From NCBI GenBank assembly GCA_963555995.3, contig OY821641.1, positions 1-64,000 of the forward strand: a stretch of DNA of 64,000 nucleotides. The letters are read 5' to 3'. Positions within the stretch are counted from its first letter, which is position 1. Every line of letters begins with the position of its first letter. This DNA is from Vicinamibacteria bacterium. GTDB taxonomy: Bacteria > Acidobacteriota > Vicinamibacteria > Marinacidobacterales > Marinacidobacteraceae. Positions 29,798 through 39,297 of the stretch are shown in pieces. A program made the position numbers and the translations under genes. A model generated the notes under the pieces. The model saw only the letters and a list, made by a program, of their open reading frames with translations. It was not told the DNA's origin and searched no databases.

Positions 29798-30925
29798 ATG
29801 CCCGTCCGGGACGCGTTCGGTCCCTTCCAGCCGGGGCCGGGCGGCATGCCGCCGTACCTCGCCGGGCGCAAGGCGGAACAGCACCTTTTCCGCGCGCTCC
29901 TCCGGCGCCTGGAGGAGTGCGACCTGCTCCCGAGTGAGGTGATCCTGTACGGGCCGCGCGGCAACGGCAAGACCGTCCTGCTCGGCTGGCTCCGGGCCGA
30001 GGCCGCGTCCCGTGAGGCCGTGGACACGGTTGTCCTGCTGCCGAGCAGCATTCCGGACACCACCCGCCTCGCGGAGCGGCTGCTCCCGAAGTCCTGGTGG
30101 GACCGTCTCACTCCGGACGAAGTGAAGGTCGCCGGGGTCTCGTGCCGGCCGGGCGAAGGAGGCCCGCCTCCACCGCCGGAAGACGTGCTCGCGGCGCGCG
30201 CGCGGAAGGCGCCGCTGCTCGTGGTGATGGACGAGGCGCACACCCTGGACCTCGAGGTGGGGCGCGCGCTGCTGAACGCCAGCCAGGAGGTGCGTCAGCA
30301 GCACCCGCTTCTTCTGGTCCTGGCCGGCACTCCGAACCTGCAGGGACACCTGGGCGCGATGGGCGCGTCCTTCTGGAACCGGATGGAGCAACTGCGCATC
30401 GGCCGGCTCGACGAAACGGCGACTGCCGAGGCGATTCGGCGTCCGTTCGAGGAAGCCGGGATCGTGGTCGCGGCGGACGCGCTCGCCGGAATGGTCGCGC
30501 TCAGCCACGGGTATCCGTACTTCATCCAGTTGCTCGGTCGGCAGGCTTGGCAGCAGGTCTCGCGGGACCGGCGGTCCGACGAGTTGACGGCCGCGGTCCT
30601 CGAACGGGCGCGGCCCGATTTCGAGGATACGAAGGGGAACTACTACCTGCACCGGTTCTTCGAGCTGCAAGAGCGGAACCTGCTGGGCGCGGGGCAGGCG
30701 GTAGCGCGGGCGTTCGTGGATGCACCGAACGGCGTGCTCAGCGGCTCACGGCTGCACCGCGTGATCGCCGAGAGTCTGGGAGTTGCGGACGGCCCGGACG
30801 TGCAGCGTGCGCGGAGAGTTCTCTCCGACCTGGGCTTCATCTGGGGCACCCGCGCGAAGCCGGGCTGGGAGCCGGGGATTCCGAGTCTGATGGACTACAT
30901 CCTGGAGTTCGCTCCTGCGGGGTAG
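29798..30925 (+). CDS. AAA/STAND-like P-loop ATPase (paralog A)
   Basis: PFQPGPGGMPPYLAGR, GPRGNGKT, VVMDEAH, YPYFIQL, WEPGIPSL. Confidence 0.88.
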   Translation: MPVRDAFGPFQPGPGGMPPYLAGRKAEQHLFRALLRRLEECDLLPSEVILYGPRGNGKTVLLGWLRAEAASREAVDTVVLLPSSIPDTTRLAERLLPKSWWDRLTPDEVKVAGVSCRPGEGGPPPPPEDVLAARARKAPLLVVMDEAHTLDLEVGRALLNASQEVRQQHPLLLVLAGTPNLQGHLGAMGASFWNRMEQLRIGRLDETATAEAIRRPFEEAGIVVAADALAGMVALSHGYPYFIQLLGRQAWQQVSRDRRSDELTAAVLERARPDFEDTKGNYYLHRFFELQERNLLGAGQAVARAFVDAPNGVLSGSRLHRVIAESLGVADGPDVQRARRVLSDLGFIWGTRAKPGWEPGIPSLMDYILEFAPAG

Positions 30926-31020
30926 AGCGGCGACCGGAGCGCCGGTCCCCCGCCGCGCGGCGGGCGGACTCTCGGGCGGCGCTCCCCGCTGGGAAGCGGA
31001 GGCGTAGCGCCGGTCCGGCG

Positions 31021-32148
31021 TTACGAGGCCGTGGTGACCTCGCGGGTGAAGTCCATGAGGCTCGGGATGCCGGGCTCCCACTCCAGCCGGTCGTCCGCGC
31101 GCCAGAGAAAACCGAGATGGGCCAGCGCCTCGGTGGCGGCATCCATCGTCCCGGCGTTCGCGGCTTCGCCCAACGCGGTCGCCAGCCCGGCCTCGAGCCC
31201 GGCATCGGTCAGCGCCGCGCGCTCCCGGAATGCCTCCGCCACCGCCCGCGCCGCGGGCAGCAGCCCGCCTTTGCGAAGTTCGTCCAGCCGCTGTCTATAG
31301 AAGCGGTCCCTGGTCCGGCCGAACTCGGGCAGGGCATCGCGCACGTTCTCGGTGGTCACCCGGCGACGCTCCCCGTCCCGCCCGGCAACACTCGCCCAGA
31401 CCGCCCGCCCGACAAGCTGCACGAAATAGGGATAGCGCTGGCTCTCCCGGACCATCACGGCCAATGCGTCGCCATCCGCCGGGACACCTTCTTCGGACAG
31501 TGGCCGCGCCAGAGCCTCCGCCGTGGCAGCCTCATCCAGGCGGCCTATCCGGATCTGTTCGGCCCGGTTCCAGAAGGAAGCGCCCATCGCGCTCAGGCGC
31601 CCCTCCAGGTTCGGGGTCCCGGCGAGCACGACCAGACACGGAAGTTCCGCTCCAACCTCCTGCGCCGCGTTCAGGAGAGCGCGTCCGACGGCGAGGTCCA
31701 GGGTGTGGGCTTCATCCGCAACGACCAGCAGCGGCGCCTTCCGCGCGCGGGAAGCAAGCATGTCCTTGAGGAGTGGGCGCCGGTCACGGCCCGACGTTCC
31801 TGCCCACGAAAGGCCGCCGGCGCTGAGCTTCCCCGGGACGAGCGTCCTCCACCACCGATCGGGAGTCGCCAACTCGGTGAGCCGCGTCTGGTCCGGGATC
31901 TCGCTGGGAACAAGCACCAGGGTCTCCACGCCGGACGCCGATGCCTCGTTCCGGAGCCACCGGAGCAGCGCGGTCTTCCCGTTCCCTCGGGGCCCGTAGA
32001 GCACGACCTGGGTTCCCGGAGCGGTTCCGTGCGTCAGATCCGTCAACAGCTCGCGGAAGAGCGCCTGTTCGCGCTCCCTCCCCCCGAGATAGGGGGGCGT
32101 GGCTCCCGTTTCGGGGCGGAACGGCCCGCGAACACTGGGGACGCCCAT
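31021..32148 (-). CDS. AAA/STAND-like P-loop ATPase (paralog B)
   Basis: PFRPETGATPPYLGGR, GPRGNGKT, VVADEAH, YPYFVQL, WEPGIPSL. Confidence 0.88.
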   Translation of the reverse strand: MGVPSVRGPFRPETGATPPYLGGREREQALFRELLTDLTHGTAPGTQVVLYGPRGNGKTALLRWLRNEASASGVETLVLVPSEIPDQTRLTELATPDRWWRTLVPGKLSAGGLSWAGTSGRDRRPLLKDMLASRARKAPLLVVADEAHTLDLAVGRALLNAAQEVGAELPCLVVLAGTPNLEGRLSAMGASFWNRAEQIRIGRLDEAATAEALARPLSEEGVPADGDALAVMVRESQRYPYFVQLVGRAVWASVAGRDGERRRVTTENVRDALPEFGRTRDRFYRQRLDELRKGGLLPAARAVAEAFRERAALTDAGLEAGLATALGEAANAGTMDAATEALAHLGFLWRADDRLEWEPGIPSLMDFTREVTTAS

Positions 32149-32363
32149 ATCGCCAGTCTAACCCTCCTCGATCATGCCGCGGTTCCGCCCGCTCCACGAG
32201 TCGCCTGCTGTTGCGCGAAGGATCGGCCTCCGTATGTGAGTCAGCGAACGGCCCTCAACAGTCGCGCTTGCCGTACCGAGCGGTCGCCCGGAAATGGCCT
32301 TGAATCGCTCCCCGTCCGCTCGACCCGAGCGGCCGCTCGCGGATCTGGGCCAGTCCGTCAAGG

Positions 32364-32425
32364 TTGACAGAACCCTACGAGATTCAAGAGAATTGGCGGT
32401 TCGGCTCCAATAAATCGAATATTGG
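32364..32425 (+). promoter_or_regulatory. Putative promoter and operator of TonB-dependent receptor 1
   Basis: TTGACA-N18-GAGAAT followed by the inverted repeat CCAATA-N7-TATTGG (32407-32425). Confidence 0.45.
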
Positions 32426-32593
32426 GACGAAGTTTCTGGTTTCCGGCGCTCGCAGGCGCCGGGGCAATCATCCCATTTAGAACGACTTAGGCAGAGAGAA
32501 ACCCCGGCCGCGGCTTCTGGTCCGACCGTTGCTCTCTCTGGCTGACATCTTTCTCCTTTCCATGCTCCCGACCCCACAGGAGGACCAAGCAGC

Positions 32594-35524
32594 ATGAGAA
32601 AACTCATTCTCTTTACGCTGCTGGTGGCGTGGCCGAGTGCGGCCCTGTCCCAGCAGATCTACGGACGCCTCGAGGGCGCCGCGAACGACGCGCAGGGTCT
32701 CGTCCTCCCCGGAGTGACGGTCACCCTCGAGTCCGAGGAACTCGTGGCGGCCCGGTCCGCAACGACCGACGTGGACGGTTCCTACCGGTTCGCGCAGCTC
32801 GTCGCGGGCAGCTACAACATGACCTTCGAACTGGGCGGCTTCCAGACCGTCGTCTTCGAGGACATCACCGTGGTTGGTGGTTCGACCTTCGAGATCAACG
32901 CCACGATGGACATCGCGACCGTCGCCGAGACCGTCACCGTGACCGGTGAGTCTCCGGTGGTGGACGTGAAGACCACCGGTGTGTCGGCGACCTTCGACAC
33001 CACCCAGCTCGAGGATGTCCCGTCGGCCACCGACATGTGGGCGGTCCTCCAGCAGAGCCCGGGCGTGCGGATGCGCGGCTACGACGTGGGCGGGTCCCAC
33101 AAGAGCCAGCAGTCCGGCTACGAGACGTTTGGGGTCCGGGGACAGAACCGGATCATCAACGACGGCGTGAACACCACCGAGGGGACCGGCGGCGCGGGGG
33201 GTTACTACGACTTCTACGCGATCGGCGAGTTCCAGGTGTCCGCGCAGGGCGCCGACGTGGAGTCGAACACGCCGGGCGCGACGGTGAACGCGGTGTGGAA
33301 GAGCGGCGGTAACGACTTCTCCGGGACCGAGCACTTCGCCTACGAGCCGCCGGACATGATCGCCGACAACCTGCCGTCCGAGCTCGCGAGCCGCGGCGGC
33401 ACGACGGCGCCGGTGATCGAGTTCTACGAGGCGCACATTGACCTCGGTGGCCCGATCGTGCGGGACAAGGCATGGTTCTACGCTGCCTACAACCGGTTCG
33501 TCATTGACCGGATCATCTCCGGACAGCCCGAGTCGGAAGGTACCGACCTCGGCGACTTCGACATGTTCACGGTGAAGGCGAACTGGCAGATCACCGATCG
33601 GGACCAGTTCATCACCTTCCACCACTGGTCGCTGAAGCAGAAGCCCTTCCGGGGCCTGTCGGCGGTCCGTCCGGCGGAATCCATCCTGGCGCAGGACTCG
33701 TGGTCCTGGCTGCACAAGGCCGAGTGGCAGCGGGTGTGGAGCGACCGTCTCTACAGCAACATCCAGGTGAACCACTTCGGTTTCGGCTGGCCGATGACGC
33801 CGGCCGTGGACCCGGCGACCAAGCCGGCGCGGATTGATCTCGGGACCGGCCAGTGGTCGGGCGCCGGCTGGCGGCCGTTCACGTTCAACCGGTGGAAGCC
33901 GCACACGACGGGTCAGTTCAACTACTACCTGCCGACGGAGAGCGGGAGCCACGACCTGAAGTTTGGCTGGGACTGGCAGATTGACGAGCGGCAGTTCGGC
34001 TGGAACGCCAACTCGGGCGCCGTCCGCTACCGGGACGACAGCACCAAGGATCCGCCGAGTCCGATGAACGTGGATCAGATCGAGTTCCACAGCTTCCCGA
34101 ACTTCAACTACGACCGGAACACCCACCTCGACCTGTACGCCCAGGATGTCTGGACAATCAGCGATCGTCTGACGGTCAACGCCGGTTTCCGTTTCGGGAG
34201 CCAGCGGATGGGCTACCTGGGTTCGAACAATGTTCCCGGTGGGCCGTGTGATGCCGCTCTTGGCTGTCTCCGCGAGATCGCCGATGTGGACGCGAACGTG
34301 CATGCGGCGCTGCCGCTGCTGTTCGGCCAGGGAGGCGAGGTCGCCGGCGAAGACAACCTCATCAGTTGGTGGAACATCGCCCCGCGCGTGGGTTTCACCT
34401 ATGACCTGACCGGCGAGGGCCGCTCGGTCCTGAAGGGCTACTTCGGCCGCTACTACCACAACATGAACACCGGGATTCCGGCCGCGAACCCGGGCGGCAA
34501 CAAGTCCGTCACCTACGAGTTCCTCGACCAGAACATGAACGGACTGTTCGATGGCGTGAGCGAGCTCGGCACCCGCCTTGGCGGGAGCACCGGCGCCGGA
34601 CTCGGCATCGAGCGCAGCGCTCCGGTCGGCGCGGACATTGATCAGGGCATCGTGCAGCCGTACGTTGACGAGATCAGCGCCTCGGCCGAACACCAGATCG
34701 GTTCCGACATCGGAGTCCGGTTCTCGTTCGTCCACAAGCGCCAGACCGGCGCTTGGGGCAACCTGAACATCGCGCGCATGGGCAACCTGACGAACACGAA
34801 GACGATCGCCTGTCCGGCATCGTGCGGACCGGGCGCGAACGACTTCGGCACGGACCCCGGCTACGGCGGCACAGGCCTGACGGTCAACGACCTTCCGGAT
34901 GGGGCTCCCCTGAGTGAGAACCTCTACACGAACGCGCCGGAGAACGAGACGAAGTTCAACTGGAACACGCTTTCGTTCGGCGTCAACCGCCGGTTCCGGA
35001 ACAACTTCTTCTGGAACGCCTACTTCGACTACCAGTGGCGGCACGAGGGCCGGACTCCGGGCCAGTCCACGAGCCCGCTCACCACGGATCCCGTCGGCGT
35101 CGGCTGGGGCCTCCAGTACGGCTCCATCCCGTTGATCCAGGACCTGAGCAACTGGCAGCTCAAGAGCGCCGGCCGTTACGTGATGCCGTATGACGTCGGC
35201 ACGGCGGCGACGCTGCGCGTCGTCAGCGGTTTCAACTGGGCGCCCATGGTTCGGGTCCCGGTGGGCAACGTCGGCAGCCAGACGATCTTCCTGGACAACA
35301 TGAACAACCGGCGGTCTGACAACGTCATCATCCTGGACTTCCGGGTTGACAAGGGCGTCAGCCTCGGCGACAGCGCGGAGATCGAGTTCATGCTCGACCT
35401 GTTCAACGCGCTGAACGGCGCCGCGGAGACGAACTTCTTCATGAGCGCCGGCGGCAACTACCTGAAGACCATCGAGTGGATTCAGGGCCGCACCATCGGC
35501 CTCAGCGCCCGTCTGACCTTCTAG
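32594..35524 (+). CDS. TonB-dependent receptor, Oar-like, with carboxypeptidase-regulatory-like N-domain (paralog 1)
   Basis: Signal peptide; LPGVTVTL, ETVTVTGESPVVD, LGGPIVRDKAWF, IAPRVGFTYD; C-terminal ARLTF. Confidence 0.92.
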   Translation: MRKLILFTLLVAWPSAALSQQIYGRLEGAANDAQGLVLPGVTVTLESEELVAARSATTDVDGSYRFAQLVAGSYNMTFELGGFQTVVFEDITVVGGSTFEINATMDIATVAETVTVTGESPVVDVKTTGVSATFDTTQLEDVPSATDMWAVLQQSPGVRMRGYDVGGSHKSQQSGYETFGVRGQNRIINDGVNTTEGTGGAGGYYDFYAIGEFQVSAQGADVESNTPGATVNAVWKSGGNDFSGTEHFAYEPPDMIADNLPSELASRGGTTAPVIEFYEAHIDLGGPIVRDKAWFYAAYNRFVIDRIISGQPESEGTDLGDFDMFTVKANWQITDRDQFITFHHWSLKQKPFRGLSAVRPAESILAQDSWSWLHKAEWQRVWSDRLYSNIQVNHFGFGWPMTPAVDPATKPARIDLGTGQWSGAGWRPFTFNRWKPHTTGQFNYYLPTESGSHDLKFGWDWQIDERQFGWNANSGAVRYRDDSTKDPPSPMNVDQIEFHSFPNFNYDRNTHLDLYAQDVWTISDRLTVNAGFRFGSQRMGYLGSNNVPGGPCDAALGCLREIADVDANVHAALPLLFGQGGEVAGEDNLISWWNIAPRVGFTYDLTGEGRSVLKGYFGRYYHNMNTGIPAANPGGNKSVTYEFLDQNMNGLFDGVSELGTRLGGSTGAGLGIERSAPVGADIDQGIVQPYVDEISASAEHQIGSDIGVRFSFVHKRQTGAWGNLNIARMGNLTNTKTIACPASCGPGANDFGTDPGYGGTGLTVNDLPDGAPLSENLYTNAPENETKFNWNTLSFGVNRRFRNNFFWNAYFDYQWRHEGRTPGQSTSPLTTDPVGVGWGLQYGSIPLIQDLSNWQLKSAGRYVMPYDVGTAATLRVVSGFNWAPMVRVPVGNVGSQTIFLDNMNNRRSDNVIILDFRVDKGVSLGDSAEIEFMLDLFNALNGAAETNFFMSAGGNYLKTIEWIQGRTIGLSARLTF

Positions 35525-35549
35525 GGATTCCCTAGCTCAAGCACCTTCC

Positions 35550-35587
35550 AGGCCCGCCGCCCTCCGGGGCGGCGGGCCTTTCGCTTT
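35550..35587 (+). terminator. Rho-independent terminator
   Basis: AGGCCCGCCGCCC-TCCG-GGGCGGCGGGCCT followed by TTCGCTTT. Confidence 0.8.
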
Positions 35588-35644
35588 CCGGGGCCGGCCT
35601 TCGGTCGGCAGCGCGGCCAGCTCCTCCGCCGTGTAGCACGCACG

Positions 35645-35891
35645 GGCTGGGAGCGCCGGCTTCAGCCGGCACCCGCTGCGCGGAGCGCAGCGGACGGAGC
35701 GACGCTGGCGCGCCCGACGGCGTTCGGCTGTTTGTCCATCAGCGCGCACCGCCGCACGACATCCGCGAGCCTTCGGCTCGCTGTGCCGGCTGAAGCCGGC
35801 GTTCCAAGCCGTACGCGCCGTCGGTGCCGGACAACGGTGTGCGGTTGCGCGGCCCTGCGGGCCACTGTGCCGGCTGAAGCCGGCGTTCCAA
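35645..35891. mobile_element. REPIN-like element (CTTCAG-loop variant) plus a third arm
   Basis: Arms at 35645-35672, 35783-35810 and 35867-35891; interior homologous to 53999-54162. Confidence 0.85.
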
Positions 35892-35993
35892 TCCGTACGT
35901 CCCGATGGGCCAACGTCAGCCGAATGGCGGCCGAAGACGGGGCTTACGACCGTTCGTTGCGTCCCGCCCGGCGCTGAGGGACGCGCGGGCGGA

Positions 35994-37130
35994 TCAGCTT
36001 CGCGGTTGCCGGGGGGCCTGCCGCTTGAGGACGTAGCGGCCGAAGCTCGGGATGCCGAGTTCCCACCGGTCGTCTGCCGTTTCCCAGATCACTCCGAGAT
36101 CGCTGAGCTTTTCGAGCAGCGCGATCCGGTCCGGTCCATCGGGGCTCTCGGCGGCGACCTTGTGCAACACGGAACGGAGCGCCTCGTAGCCGACGTGCCC
36201 GCCATTCCCGGTCACGAGCGCGACGACGGGACCCAGCGCGGCGTCCACCCGGTGTTTCACGGCTTCCATGTAGCGCCCGCCGTAGAACCGCGCGATCTTC
36301 TCCTGCGCTGCGGCGATGCCCTGCCGTGCTTCCCGTTCCGAGATTGAGGCGACCCCCTGGCGTTCGGCGGCGTCCCACGCGGCGCTTCCGAGCAGTTGAA
36401 TGAAGTATGGGTAGTCTTGGGTTTCCTCCGCGACGAGGTGGACCACACCTTCCGTGAGGGGTCGTCCCGAATCCTCCGCCGGCTCGGCGAGCGCGGCGAC
36501 GGTGGCGGCCCGGTCCAGCCGTCCGATGCGGAGCTGCTCGAAACCGCGTTCGTTATGGGTTCCCATTTCGCGGAGGCGAGACGGGGCATCGGGGGTCCCT
36601 GCCGCCACCAGCAGGAACGGCAGTTCATCGCGCTTCGCCGCCTGCGCCGCATTGAGGAATGAGGTGCCGACCGCTGGGTGCACCGCGTGGAACTCATCGG
36701 CGAGGATGACAAGAGGCGCCGCTTCCCGGCCGATCCATGCGAAGAACAGCTTCCTGATGTCCTCCTCCCGCGGTCCCGGTTCGCTCGTGACCCCGAACGG
36801 CCCCAGACTCGCTCCCGTGACGCGGGCGCCACTCCTGCCGGCGCATTGCCGCATAAGGCGGACGAGTCCGGGCCGGTCTTCCATTTCCGAGAGCGGGAAG
36901 TCCTCGACGCGCATGCCGTGCTCACGCGCGATGGCCGCGATGCGGGCCAGCAGGACCGTCTTGCCGTTGCCGCGCGGCCCGAAGAACAACAGGTCCTGCG
37001 GGGGTGGCCGACCGCCGTCGAGATCATTGATCAGCCGGTTCGCGACGCGCAGTTCCGTGTCGCGCCCGGCGAGTCGGGGCGGCATCGTGCCCCGTCCCGG
37101 TCGGAACGGGTTCCTCGCGCGATCCGTCAC
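35994..37130 (-). CDS. AAA/STAND-like P-loop ATPase (paralog C)
   Basis: NPFRPGRGTMPPRLAGR, GPRGNGKT, ILADEFH, YPYFIQL, WELGIPSF. Confidence 0.88.
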   Translation of the reverse strand: MTDRARNPFRPGRGTMPPRLAGRDTELRVANRLINDLDGGRPPPQDLLFFGPRGNGKTVLLARIAAIAREHGMRVEDFPLSEMEDRPGLVRLMRQCAGRSGARVTGASLGPFGVTSEPGPREEDIRKLFFAWIGREAAPLVILADEFHAVHPAVGTSFLNAAQAAKRDELPFLLVAAGTPDAPSRLREMGTHNERGFEQLRIGRLDRAATVAALAEPAEDSGRPLTEGVVHLVAEETQDYPYFIQLLGSAAWDAAERQGVASISEREARQGIAAAQEKIARFYGGRYMEAVKHRVDAALGPVVALVTGNGGHVGYEALRSVLHKVAAESPDGPDRIALLEKLSDLGVIWETADDRWELGIPSFGRYVLKRQAPRQPRS

Positions 37131-37264
37131 GGAACCACTCTACCGCGTTCGCGCGATCCCGACCTACGCCCGATGCCACGCCAAAGATGCCCGCCCCCAC
37201 CGGGAGACGTCCGTTCGTCGGGGGTTCCCGATTCCACTGGGCGGCGGTGCGATACTCGGCGGCG

Positions 37265-37683
37265 ATGCGCTTCTTCAACCGCATGGGGCCGGTGGATGCT
37301 GACCAGCACTACGTCATCCCGCCGCTTTCCCGGGTGGACCTCGATGAGATCCTGACGCTCATCCGGCAGCGGGCCTACCTCGTGCTGCACGCGCCGCGGC
37401 AGACGGGGAAGACCTCCATCCTGCTGGCGCTCCGCGACCTCTTGAACTCGGGCTCCGAGGGGGACTATCGGTGCGTCCATGCGAGCCTCGAGGCCGGACG
37501 AACCGCGAACGGGGACGTGGAGCGGGCCATGCGCAGCGTCCTCGGCGAGATCGGTGCGCGGGCTAAGGACACGCTCGACGACGACTCGGTGGGACGCTCG
37601 TGGCAGGAGACCCTGGCCTTCTCGGGTCCCGACCGCGCGTTGCGGGCGGTCCTGGGCCGGTGGGCGGCGGCGGACCCGCGCCC
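37265..37683 (+). pseudogene. Truncated AAA ATPase (AAA_35-like), N-terminal fragment
   Basis: MRFFNRMGPV...HAPRQTGKTS Walker A; homology ends at WAAADPRP just before the expected Walker B, then the frame runs into the opposing gene. Confidence 0.75.
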
Positions 37684-37717
37684 GCCGGGGATTGGGCAGG
37701 CCTTCTATCCAGGCCCG

Positions 37718-38899
37718 TCAGACCCAGTCGTCCAGGATGTCGGACGCGCCGATGGGTTTGGCGCGCACGTCACCTGGACCGAGAGGGTATTCGTTGGGCG
37801 TGCGGCAGAACAGCGTCATCGCCCGGACCGCCCCGGCAGGCAACTGTGCGGCGACCCGGCGGAGCGCCGCGGCATCGCGCGCCGCGGGATGCTCGCTCCA
37901 TTTCGCGTCCGCCAGCCGGAAGCTTCCCCCGCGGTGGAGAAGGAAGTCGGCTTCGCGGCTGCGGTCGCGATAGAAATGGAAGTCCCAGCCTCCTCGACGA
38001 TTCGCCTGGGTGCGGCGTAGTTCGGCGCAGACCAGCGTCTCCCAGAGCGGTCCGGCGAGCGGCGATTCGTCGAGGTCGGCGGGCGCATGGATGCCGCACA
38101 GGAAGGCGGCCAGCCCGGCGTCCCGCAGGTACAGCTTGGGTTGTTTGACCAGCGTCTTCGTCCGGTTGGAGAACCACGGTTCCAGCAGCACGATCTGGTG
38201 CGACGCCTCGAGCGCCGACAGCCACGCGGCGGCGGTGGAGCCGCTGATGCCGATGTCCCGCGCGAGATCGGCGCGGTTGAGAAGGCCGCCCGAACGCAGT
38301 GCGGCCGCGCGCAGGAAGCGTTCGTGGTCCCGCAGGTTCGCCACCCGGAGGAACTGGCGCAGGTCCCGTTCCAGATAGGTCAGCACGAGGGACCGGTGGA
38401 ACTCGCGGGCCTCGATGCGCAGGTTCTGGTACAGCTCCGGGAACCCCCCGCGCACCAGGAACTCCTCGACCGTGAGCCCCGGATGGGCCGCCCGCGCCTC
38501 GGCGAAGGAGAGCGGCTCCAGTTCGACGACGCTGGCGCGCCCGGCGAGCGAGTCCGAGACCGACCGCATCAGCGCGAGCGGCTGCGAGCCGGTGAGGAGG
38601 AATGCCCCGGGACGCCCGCGATCGCGATCCACCGCCACCTTGAGATACCGGAAGAGACCTGGGGCGTACTGCACCTCGTCCAGGATCACCGGCGGCGGAT
38701 AGCGCCGGAGAAAGGAGGCGGGGTCGCGTTCGGCCTGCTCCGCTTCGCTCGGCAGATCCAGGGTGACGAAGGCGTGATTCGGGAAGAGCCGCCGCATCAG
38801 ACTGGTCTTCCCGGTCTGCCGCGCGCCGGTCAGCACGACCACAGGCCGGGTGGCGGCACGCTCGACAAGCAGCGCCTCGATGTCTCGATGAACCCACAT
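37718..38899 (-). CDS. AAA_14 + DUF4143 ATP-binding protein
   Basis: LTGARQTGKT, ILDEVQ, LLTGS, SLAGR, RGGFP, KQPKLYLRDAG, EADFLL...DAK. Confidence 0.9.
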   Translation of the reverse strand: MWVHRDIEALLVERAATRPVVVLTGARQTGKTSLMRRLFPNHAFVTLDLPSEAEQAERDPASFLRRYPPPVILDEVQYAPGLFRYLKVAVDRDRGRPGAFLLTGSQPLALMRSVSDSLAGRASVVELEPLSFAEARAAHPGLTVEEFLVRGGFPELYQNLRIEAREFHRSLVLTYLERDLRQFLRVANLRDHERFLRAAALRSGGLLNRADLARDIGISGSTAAAWLSALEASHQIVLLEPWFSNRTKTLVKQPKLYLRDAGLAAFLCGIHAPADLDESPLAGPLWETLVCAELRRTQANRRGGWDFHFYRDRSREADFLLHRGGSFRLADAKWSEHPAARDAAALRRVAAQLPAGAVRAMTLFCRTPNEYPLGPGDVRAKPIGASDILDDWV

Positions 38900-39009
38900 C
38901 GTGCAAATTCTACGATGTAATCGAATGATTTGCCCTTTCTAAACGCACGATTCTCCAACAGAAGCGTCCGGGCGAGCGCCGTTGGGCCTTCCGCACGAGG
39001 GAAGGTTCT

Positions 39010-39255
39010 CTAGATCTCGACCTCGTGATCTGCAAGCGCATCCAGGTCGGCTCGAAACCGCTCGGCATCAATTCGTGGTGCGGTCGTCGCCGCGGCCTTG
39101 ATCACGCCCCGGGGTACGAACTGGCGAGCCGCCACGGGCCTCAGTTCCGCGACGGGCGTCCCTTTGCAAATCACGGTCAGATGCTCACCCGCCTCCACTT
39201 GACGCAGGATTGCCACGAGATCGTTGCGAAGCTGACCTTCGGTAACGGTATGCAT
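39010..39255 (-). CDS. Phd/YefM-family antitoxin (orphan)
   Basis: QLRNDLVAILRQVEAGEHLTVICKGTPVAELRP. Confidence 0.8.
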   Translation of the reverse strand: MHTVTEGQLRNDLVAILRQVEAGEHLTVICKGTPVAELRPVAARQFVPRGVIKAAATTAPRIDAERFRADLDALADHEVEI

Positions 39256-39297
39256 CGCTGGCTGGGATGACCCTCGGGCCACCCGATCGGGGAGGAA

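Noticed and set aside
32400-32593. Cobalamin or TPP riboswitch upstream of TonB receptors
   Set aside because: Conserved core motifs were not recognised by eye in any of the three leaders.
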